64,000 nucleotides of DNA from the NCBI GenBank assembly GCA_964651475.1, contig CAZYXV010000018.1, positions 11,474 through 75,473 on the forward strand. Direction: 5' to 3'. Below the pieces are notes generated by a model, which saw only the letters and a program-made list of their open reading frames with translations, made no database searches and was not told where the DNA came from. Source of the stretch: an uncultured Anaerolineae bacterium (GTDB taxonomy: Bacteria; Chloroflexota; Anaerolineae; Fen-1058). Of the stretch, positions 55,156 through 64,000 are shown in pieces (the stretch's first letter is position 1; each line of letters opens with the position of its first letter). Both the position numbers and the translations under genes were made by a program.

Positions 55156-55926
55156 ATGGAAGTGCCAATCGTGTCGGCTATCCAGGCGCGGCTTTTTAAC
55201 GGCCGCGCGACCAGTCCGTCAAACGGGCACGCGCTGATTGATCTACGCGGCGTGTTCAAGAGCTACGAAAGCGGCGCGGGAGAGGTGCCCGTATTAAAAG
55301 ACATTAACCTCCAGGTATCGGAGGGCGAATTTATCAGCGTGATAGGACCTTCAGGCTCCGGCAAATCCACCATGCTGAACATGATCACCGGCATTGACCG
55401 CCCCACCAGCGGCGAGGTGTACGTCGGCGGCGAGGCCATACACAAGCTGGGCGAAAACCCGATGGCTCGCTGGCGCGGGCGCAACATCGGCGTCATCTTT
55501 CAATTCTTTCAACTGCTGCCCACGCTGAGCGTTTTGGAAAATGTGGTGTTGCCCATGGATTTCTGCAATCTCTACAAGCGGCGCGAGCGCCGGGAGCGCG
55601 CCATGCACCTGCTGGAGCAGGTGGATATCGCCGATCACGCGCACAAGCTGCCCAGTGGTCTCAGCGGCGGCCAGCAACAGCGAGCCGCCATCGCCCGGGC
55701 CATGGCCAACGACCCGCCGGTGCTGGTGGGCGACGAGCCGACGGGCAACCTGGACACCGCCACCGCCAACGAGGTGTTTGCGCTATTCGACCAACTGGTG
55801 GAGCAGGGCAAAACACTGATCATTGTCACTCACGACCGGCAACTCAGCGGGCGCACCGGGCGGGTGCTCCACCTGGTTGACGGGCGGCTCTACAGCGACA
55901 AACATAACGGCAATGGGAGACACTAG
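55156..55926 (+). CDS. ABC ATP-binding protein, LolD/MacB-type
   Basis: [39 protein letters not shown]. Confidence 0.95.
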   Translation: MEVPIVSAIQARLFNGRATSPSNGHALIDLRGVFKSYESGAGEVPVLKDINLQVSEGEFISVIGPSGSGKSTMLNMITGIDRPTSGEVYVGGEAIHKLGENPMARWRGRNIGVIFQFFQLLPTLSVLENVVLPMDFCNLYKRRERRERAMHLLEQVDIADHAHKLPSGLSGGQQQRAAIARAMANDPPVLVGDEPTGNLDTATANEVFALFDQLVEQGKTLIIVTHDRQLSGRTGRVLHLVDGRLYSDKHNGNGRH

Positions 55927-55928
55927 AT

Positions 55929-58301
55929 ATGGACGTAGCGTGGCGCAAGGTCTGGCGCGACCTGTGGCAGAATAAACTCCGCACATCCCTCGTCATCCTG
56001 GCGACCGCGGTGGGCATCTTTGCGCTCGGCATGGTCTTTGGATTGTCTGGCGTCATGCGCGCCCAGATGACGGCCAGCCACGAAGCCAGCATCTCGCCGC
56101 ACATCGAGATGTACACCAGCCGCATCAACCAGGACGTCGTAGACGCTGTGCTGCACGAGCCTGGCGTAATCGACACGGAAGGCGAAGTCCGCGCCAGCAT
56201 TCGCTGGAAGTTTGAGGGCGAAACCGAGTGGCGCGATGGAATTGTCATCGCCCGGCGTGACTACCTGGCGCAGCACATGTACCCCATCCAATTGCTGAAA
56301 GGCAACTGGCCGGGCCGGCACGTGCTTGCCGTAGAACGCATGTCGTCTGATTACTTTGGCCTCCCTCTCGGCAGCGCCATCCTGGTCCAGATGGGAGAGT
56401 ACGAGCGCCGCCTGCCTATCGAGGGTGTGGTGCGCCATCCCTACACGCCCCCTCCACAAATTGGCATGGGCGACGCGACCTTTTGCGGCACCATGGAAAC
56501 AGTCGCCTGGCTGACGGGGGGAGAAGAAGGGTTCGATACCATCAACATTCGCCTGGAAGCTTTTAGCCAGGAGGCGGCTCAAGACGCCACCGAACGCATC
56601 CAGGACCGGCTGGAACGCATAGGAGTGAGCGTGGGCTATTCAGACATCGTTGACCCCAAGGTCCATTGGGGGCAATCCATGATAGACACCATATTCCTCA
56701 TCCTGGGCGTGCTGGGCGGATTGTCGCTGGCGCTCAGCGGCTTTTTGATCGTTAACGTGATGAACGCGACCATCGTGCAGCAAGTGTGGCAGATTGGCGT
56801 GATGAAAGTGATCGGCGCGACGTTTGGAAGCGTGGTGCGCGTGTACCTGACCACAGCCCTGATTTATGGCCTGATTTCACTGTTGATAGCCGTGCCATTG
56901 GGAGCGGTGGTGGCCCACCTGATGGCGATCTGGCTGCTGGACATGTTTAATATTACCTTTAACAATTTTTCCCTGGTGCCGGCGGCCGTGGCGGCGCAAA
57001 TTGCAATGGGCCTGGCCGTGCCGGTGGCGGCCGCGCTGGTGCCGGTGATTGGCGGCGCGCGCACCACGCCGCACAAAGCGATCAGCACCCACGGCCTGGG
57101 GGGCAGGTTTGGCGGAAGCTGGCTCGATCGCGTGCTGGGGAAGGTGCACTTTTTGCCGCGCCCGCTGGCGCTCAGCCTGCGCAACACCTTTCGCCGCAAA
57201 ACGCGCGTCGCGTTGACGCTGATCACGCTCACCATCGGCGGCGTGATGTTCATCATGGTGTTGAGCGTCTCGAGCTCGTTCCGCAACACGCTGGATGTCC
57301 TGCTCAGCGATTTTGGCTTTGATTCGCTGCTCGTGTTCAATCGCCAATACCGCGCGACGCGCCTGATCGAGATCGCCGAGCAAACGCCCGGCGTGAGCAA
57401 CGCCGAAGTGTGGAGCCGCTGGGGGGGACAACTGGCGCTGCCCGACCACGAAGATTTGCAGGTTGGCGTCTGGGGAGTGCCCCTCGATTCCAAGATATTC
57501 AACCCACGCATCGTCAGCGGGCGCACCTTGCTGCCGGATGACGAGCGCGCTATCCTGCTCAACAACAAAATCGCCGCCGACGAAGGATTCCAGGTTGGCG
57601 ACGAAATCGAACTGACCATCAATGGCAAAGAATCAACCTGGACAGTCGTGGGGCTGATACTCAACATCAACAACAACTTTCAAGATAACTTTGTCCCCTT
57701 TGACGCCTTGGCCGAATTAACCAGCAGCGTTGGCCGGGGGGGAATGATTATGGCCACCTTTGACGATCCATCGCCCCAGGCTCAAAAAAAGCTGTCCAAG
57801 TCATTGCGCGACGTCTACGCGCCGTATCACATGAAAGTAGCCTACGATCAAAGCGCGGCTGAAATGCGAGAAGAGCAAGGCTCGTCATTCGACGTCATCA
57901 CGTACCTCATGTTATCCATGGCGATTCTGGCGGCGGTGGTGGGCAGCGCCGGCTTGATGAGCACAATGTCCATCAACGTGGTCGAGCGCGGGCGAGAGAT
58001 TGGCGTGATGCGCTCGCTCGGCGCGACCTCGCTATCCATAGCGGGTATTTTCGTCGCCGAGGGAGTGCTGATTGGCGTCTTGAGTTGGCTGATGGCCGTG
58101 CCACTCAGCTATCCTGGCGCGCGCGTGTTCAGCGACGTGGTGGGGCTTGAATTGGTGGAACTGCCGCTCGATTTCAGTTACCCCATCCATGGCATGCTGC
58201 TGTGGCTGCTCATCATCGTAGTGCTATCGGCGCTGGCCAGCCTGTGGCCCGCGCTGCGCGCGACACAGGTCAGCGTGAGAGAAGCGCTGGCGTACGAGTG
58301 A
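55929..58301 (+). CDS. FtsX/MacB-like double permease
   Basis: Two FtsX-type repeats (QQVWQIGVMKVIGA; ERGREIGVMRSLGA), ending SVREALAYE. Confidence 0.92.
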   Translation: MDVAWRKVWRDLWQNKLRTSLVILATAVGIFALGMVFGLSGVMRAQMTASHEASISPHIEMYTSRINQDVVDAVLHEPGVIDTEGEVRASIRWKFEGETEWRDGIVIARRDYLAQHMYPIQLLKGNWPGRHVLAVERMSSDYFGLPLGSAILVQMGEYERRLPIEGVVRHPYTPPPQIGMGDATFCGTMETVAWLTGGEEGFDTINIRLEAFSQEAAQDATERIQDRLERIGVSVGYSDIVDPKVHWGQSMIDTIFLILGVLGGLSLALSGFLIVNVMNATIVQQVWQIGVMKVIGATFGSVVRVYLTTALIYGLISLLIAVPLGAVVAHLMAIWLLDMFNITFNNFSLVPAAVAAQIAMGLAVPVAAALVPVIGGARTTPHKAISTHGLGGRFGGSWLDRVLGKVHFLPRPLALSLRNTFRRKTRVALTLITLTIGGVMFIMVLSVSSSFRNTLDVLLSDFGFDSLLVFNRQYRATRLIEIAEQTPGVSNAEVWSRWGGQLALPDHEDLQVGVWGVPLDSKIFNPRIVSGRTLLPDDERAILLNNKIAADEGFQVGDEIELTINGKESTWTVVGLILNINNNFQDNFVPFDALAELTSSVGRGGMIMATFDDPSPQAQKKLSKSLRDVYAPYHMKVAYDQSAAEMREEQGSSFDVITYLMLSMAILAAVVGSAGLMSTMSINVVERGREIGVMRSLGATSLSIAGIFVAEGVLIGVLSWLMAVPLSYPGARVFSDVVGLELVELPLDFSYPIHGMLLWLLIIVVLSALASLWPALRATQVSVREALAYE

Positions 58302-58966
58302 AAATGTTCATGCTAAAAACAGAGCAGGCGCCCAACACACTCACCGCCTTCCTGGTATTTCAAACCGGCCCCAGCGCCGGCCAACACTATTTGCTCGACA
58401 AAGCCACGCTGATTATCGGCCGGCTCGAAACCAACGACATCGTCATCAACGATACGCGCGTCTCTCGCCGCCACGCTCAACTCTGCCGGGATGACTTTAG
58501 ATACCTGATCGAGGACCTGGGCAGCACGAACGGCACATGGCTCAACGGCGCCAGGCTCGCCGCTCCCGCCCATCTGCGCCACGGCGATCACATCCAAATC
58601 GCCGACATCGTCATGGCCTTTAACGATCCCAATACGACCGCCCAGACGGAAGCCTTCCAAACGTTGGCGCTGGACGAAGCGCACGGCCAGGTCGTCGTGG
58701 CGGGGCAGCCCGTCAAATTGACGGCCAAAGAACTGGCGCTGATGCGACTGCTCTACGAACACGCCGGCAAATTGTGCGCCAAAGACGCCATCGCCGGGGC
58801 CGTCTGGCCTGAGTATCAAGGCAATGTCACCGATTATAATATTGAAGGATTGATCAGTCGGCTGCGGCGCAAGATCGAACCCGACCCCGACGCGCCGATT
58901 TATCTCCACACTCACCGCGGGCTGGGATACATGCTCACGCCCGGCGCGACCGCCCAACCTGACTAG
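58298..58966 (+). CDS. FHA domain + OmpR/PhoB-type winged-helix regulator
   Basis: IIGR...NDIVI.D..VSRRHA, DLGSTNGT (FHA); LTAKEL.LM, ISRLRRKIE.DP..P.YL.T.RG.GY (wHTH). Confidence 0.9.
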   Translation: MKMFMLKTEQAPNTLTAFLVFQTGPSAGQHYLLDKATLIIGRLETNDIVINDTRVSRRHAQLCRDDFRYLIEDLGSTNGTWLNGARLAAPAHLRHGDHIQIADIVMAFNDPNTTAQTEAFQTLALDEAHGQVVVAGQPVKLTAKELALMRLLYEHAGKLCAKDAIAGAVWPEYQGNVTDYNIEGLISRLRRKIEPDPDAPIYLHTHRGLGYMLTPGATAQPD

Positions 58967-59000
58967 TTTGCTCCAGGCAGCTTGTTGACCAGGTGAAAGA

Positions 59001-60674
<1,674 letters not shown>

Positions 60675-60680
60675 CCGGCT

Positions 60681-61109
60681 TTACCGTTCCAACAGGTCGC
60701 GGCGCGCCAGGACCGCCACGATTTTATGGGTGGCGCGCTTGAGCGTGTGCAGCACAATGCCCATCTTGACATCCTTGTCCACCAGCGCCGCCAGCGCCGC
60801 TTCGCTGCCGGCCGGCACCACCACCAGCGCGCCGCTCTCGCCCTCGATGAGCAAGCGATCTATTTCACCGCGCGCCAGGCGCAGCAACACCTTTTCGCTG
60901 ATGGCGACCAGCGTAGCCGCCATAGCCGCCACCTGCGGGCTATCGGTGGGATTGCCATCCATAGCCTGGTGCTCTTCGCCGGGCGGATATGCCGCGATGA
61001 CCAGCCCTTCAATGCTGACGATGACCAGGCCTTGCACGCCATCCAGTTCTTCATACAATTTTTTCAATTCGCGCTCAAGCAAGTCTACTCGATAGATTAC
61101 GCGTGGCAT
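60681..61109 (-). CDS. Roadblock/LC7 (MglB-like) protein
   Basis: GVQGLVIVSIEGLVIA, AAMAA.L, G.IDRLLIEGESG. Confidence 0.88.
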   Translation of the reverse strand: MPRVIYRVDLLERELKKLYEELDGVQGLVIVSIEGLVIAAYPPGEEHQAMDGNPTDSPQVAAMAATLVAISEKVLLRLARGEIDRLLIEGESGALVVVPAGSEAALAALVDKDVKMGIVLHTLKRATHKIVAVLARRDLLER

Positions 61110-61121
61110 GGTACGCTCCGA

Positions 61122-61493
61122 TCAGCCAATCATCTCGGCAATGCGCGGCACAGCGCGGGCCACCAACTGCAAGATCAGGCCCAACTTGGCGTCTTTGTTC
61201 ACAATGGCCGTCAGGGATACGTGCGGGCTGATAGGGAAAATGACGATGGTGCCTTGCTGGGCGTCAATGACGACTCGATCCACGTCGCCCTGTTCCAGGC
61301 GTTGGCTGGCTTTGCGTGAAAGGTCAAACAAGTTGGCGGCAATCGCGCCAAACTGATCGGCGTCCTCCATCACCGACGCCACCACCAATCCATTTTCGGT
61401 GACCAGCAACGCGCCCCGCGTGCCCTCGGCCTGCCCCATCAGCTCTTCGAGCACCCGCTGCAGCCGCTCCGCGCGGCTTAGTTGTACTGCCAT
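61122..61493 (-). CDS. Roadblock/LC7 (MglB-like) protein
   Basis: GTRGALLVTENGLVVAS, GAIAANL, GDVDRVVIDAQQG, AKLGLI. Confidence 0.88.
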   Translation of the reverse strand: MAVQLSRAERLQRVLEELMGQAEGTRGALLVTENGLVVASVMEDADQFGAIAANLFDLSRKASQRLEQGDVDRVVIDAQQGTIVIFPISPHVSLTAIVNKDAKLGLILQLVARAVPRIAEMIG

Positions 61494-61590
61494 GCGTATC
61501 TCTCCTTACTTTCAGTTGAGCAGTTGAGCCGCGTTTCAGGAAACGAGTGGCAAGCAACAAGCTATTCTACTGCCTGCCACTCGTCGCTTG

Positions 61591-63237
61591 TCACTTGAGC
61601 ATTGGAATCTTGACGCCGTGCTCTCTGGCGAACTCGATTGCCTCTGGATAGCCCGCGTCCACGTGCCGGGCCACGCCCATGCCGGGGTCGGTCGTCAGCA
61701 CGCGCCTCAGGCGTGCGGCGGCCTGAGGCGTGCCGTCGGCCACGATGACCTGGCCGGCGTGCTGGCTGTAACCGATGCCCACCCCGCCGCCGTGATGAAA
61801 GCTGACCCACGTCGCGCCGCCCACGGCATTAATCAGCGCGTTCAAGATAGGCCAATCGCTAATCGCATCCGAGCCATCGCGCATGCCCTCCGTCTCGCGG
61901 CGCGGCGAGGCCACGCTGCCGCTATCCAGGTGGTCGCGCCCGATGACGATGGGCGCGGATACCTCGCCGCGCGCCACCAAATCGTTAAACGCCAGCCCGG
62001 CCCGATCGCGCTCGCCATAGCCCAGCCAGCATATCCGCGAAGGCAAGCCCTGAAAGTGAACGCGCTTTTGCGCCATCCTGATCCAGCGTTCCAGCTTTTT
62101 ATCTTGCGGGAACAGTTCCAAAATCACCTCGTCGGTGCGGAACAAGTCTTTTTCGTCGCCGCTGAGCGTCACCCAGCGGAACGGGCCTTTGCCTCCGCAA
62201 AACAGCGGACGGATATAGGCCGGCACAAAGCCAGGGTAATCAAACGCATTTTTCACGCCGGCGTCGTAGGCGCGCTGGCGCAGGTTGTTGCCATAGTCAA
62301 ACACCACGCTGCCGCGCTTCCGAAGGTCCAGCATGGCCTGGCAGTGCGCGGCCATGGCTTTGTAAGATAAGCGGTTGTATTCTTGCGGGTCGCGCTGCCG
62401 AAGCTCGTTGGCCTGTTCCAAAGACATGCCATTCGGCACATACATCAACGGATCGTGGGCGGGCGTTTGATCGGTCACAACATCGGGCACGACGCCGCGC
62501 AACACCAGTTCGGGGAACACGTCGGCGGCGTTGGCAATGAGCGCGATGGATTTGGGTTCGCCTTTGTCCTTGCACTCTTCGACCAGCGTCATGGCTTCTT
62601 CCAACGTATCCACGATCACATCAATGTAGCCCGTCTCCAGGCGGCGCCGGGCGCGGTGTGGGTCAACTTCCACGCACAGGCCCACGCCCTCGTTCATCGT
62701 GATCGCCAACGGCTGCGCGCCGCCCATGCCGCCCAATCCAGCGGTGAGCGTAAACTTGCCGCGCAGCGAGCCCCAGCCATTCAACTCGGCCAGGCTGGCC
62801 AGCGTCTCGAACGTGCCCTGCAGTATCCCCTGCGTCCCGATGTAAATCCAGCTTCCCGCCGTCATCTGGCCGTACATGATCAGGCCTTCTTTTTCCCACT
62901 TGTCAAAGTTATCTTGTGTGGCCCAGTGCGGCACAATGTTCGAGTTGGCAATCAACACGCGCGGCGCGTCGAGATGTGTCTTGAACACCGCCACCGGCTT
63001 GCCCGATTGCACCAGCAGCGTCTCGTCGTCCTCGAGCTGCTTGAGCGATTCGACGATGGCGTCGAAACAATCCCAGCTACGCGCCGCCCTCCCCCGCCCG
63101 CCGTACACGACCAGCTCGTCGGGGTTTTCGGCCACATCGGGATCGAGATTGTTCATCAACATGCGCATGGCCGCCTCTTGCAGCCAGCCTTTGCACACAA
63201 GATGTGTGCCGCGTGGGGCGCGAATGATACGAGACAT
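61591..63237 (-). CDS. hutU: Urocanate hydratase
   Basis: [76 protein letters not shown]. Confidence 0.98.
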   Translation of the reverse strand: MSRIIRAPRGTHLVCKGWLQEAAMRMLMNNLDPDVAENPDELVVYGGRGRAARSWDCFDAIVESLKQLEDDETLLVQSGKPVAVFKTHLDAPRVLIANSNIVPHWATQDNFDKWEKEGLIMYGQMTAGSWIYIGTQGILQGTFETLASLAELNGWGSLRGKFTLTAGLGGMGGAQPLAITMNEGVGLCVEVDPHRARRRLETGYIDVIVDTLEEAMTLVEECKDKGEPKSIALIANAADVFPELVLRGVVPDVVTDQTPAHDPLMYVPNGMSLEQANELRQRDPQEYNRLSYKAMAAHCQAMLDLRKRGSVVFDYGNNLRQRAYDAGVKNAFDYPGFVPAYIRPLFCGGKGPFRWVTLSGDEKDLFRTDEVILELFPQDKKLERWIRMAQKRVHFQGLPSRICWLGYGERDRAGLAFNDLVARGEVSAPIVIGRDHLDSGSVASPRRETEGMRDGSDAISDWPILNALINAVGGATWVSFHHGGGVGIGYSQHAGQVIVADGTPQAAARLRRVLTTDPGMGVARHVDAGYPEAIEFAREHGVKIPMLK

Positions 63238-63320
63238 GGATATCTCCTTTGTTGTTTTATGCGTACACTGCTACCCTGAATATACTGCACGCGGTCATAA
63301 ATTGCAATTTTTCACAATCC

Positions 63321-63418
63321 TGTCATGGCGAGCCGCTCCGCCTGCGGCGAGCGGCGAAGCAATCTGTACGCTTGCAGATCAGAGATTGCTTCGGGTGCTT
63401 CGCACCCTCGCAATGACA
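63321..63418. repeat. Palindromic TGTCAT(T)GCGAG...GAAGCAATC/GATTGCTTC...CTCGCAATGACA repeat
   Basis: Nested inverted repeats matching a widespread REP/RPE-like element. Confidence 0.7.
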
Positions 63419-63453
63419 ACAAAATTGCAGATTGTGCCCGCGCCCAGTATACA

Positions 63454-64000
63454 TCAGGGTTGGGCAGTTGAGGATAATACAGCGATTGTCTGCTCCATGT
63501 TGCGCAATTTTGTGAGGGATTTCAAGCCAAGATAAAGCCAATACAGTATTAACAAATGAAACCCGATGCTTGGCAAATCCGGTCCTATCAAGAATACAAG
63601 ACTATCCAAAGCATACAAAACCATTCCAATGACAAAGGCCCACTTGTGTCTTCTGGCAAGGAATCCCAAGATGACAAAAATTCCCGCTATTCCAACGTCC
63701 ACACCGAAGGTAATATACTTGATCAAGATAGCTACATTTGCACTAGCTTCGCTTGCAATGGCGATAGAAATACCATCTATAAGCCGAGTTATCCCCAAGC
63801 CAATAAAAAAGCTCCAGCCACTATTTAGCAACAAGCTAATCGAATTGACCAAAGACAGCCCCGCAATCCAGAAAAAGTTATCTGCGCCTCCTTTGACTAA
63901 ATTTCCAATCTTGATCTTTTCTTCAGCAAGAGCAACCTGCTGGCGAATAACCGAATCCTGAACAGCAGACTGTTCCGATGCTGACAAATGTTTGAGCTGG
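63454..64000 (-). CDS. Hypothetical membrane protein (frame open to the right edge; probably 5'-truncated)
   Basis: About 4 TM segments (GADNFFWIAGLSLVNS...); visibly more AT-rich than its neighbours; no stop upstream of the TTG within the window. Confidence 0.65.
   Translation of the reverse strand, partial: QLKHLSASEQSAVQDSVIRQQVALAEEKIKIGNLVKGGADNFFWIAGLSLVNSISLLLNSGWSFFIGLGITRLIDGISIAIASEASANVAILIKYITFGVDVGIAGIFVILGFLARRHKWAFVIGMVLYALDSLVFLIGPDLPSIGFHLLILYWLYLGLKSLTKLRNMEQTIAVLSSTAQP

Overview
Bacterial chromosomal window with no prophage, CRISPR array or intact transposase recognised. Gene content suggests a Chloroflexota (Anaerolineae-like) monoderm; this is an inference. From left to right it contains: a window-truncated SHMT paralogue; a secreted prenyltransferase-repeat protein; a fluoride (crcB)-riboswitch-like leader on an unknown ~70-aa ORF; a tkt-aspC-(SHMT/GcvT fusion) operon; an actinobacterial-type ino1-patA-pimA-pgsA phosphatidylinositol(-mannoside) cluster; an ABC permease fused to SpoIIM; a KimA-like APC transporter with two TrkA subunits behind an unexplained attenuator; pcrA; tRNA-Ile(CAU); the CIRCE-controlled hrcA-grpE-dnaK-dnaJ-prmA operon; an envelope locus (PA14 protein, GT4s, WcaJ-like transferase, two LysM surface proteins, GT39, two LCP genes sharing an apparently identical 952-bp block); a putative GTPase-centred conflict module (Zn-ribbon TRAFAC GTPase with TM tail, FGE/SUMF1-like::GAP1-N2-like fusion, membrane LysM protein); a MacB-type ABC system with an FHA-wHTH regulator; ggt; two roadblock genes; and hutU. 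Several MITE/REP-like palindromic elements and heptamer repeats are dispersed through it. All calls come from reading motifs by eye; no database searches were run.
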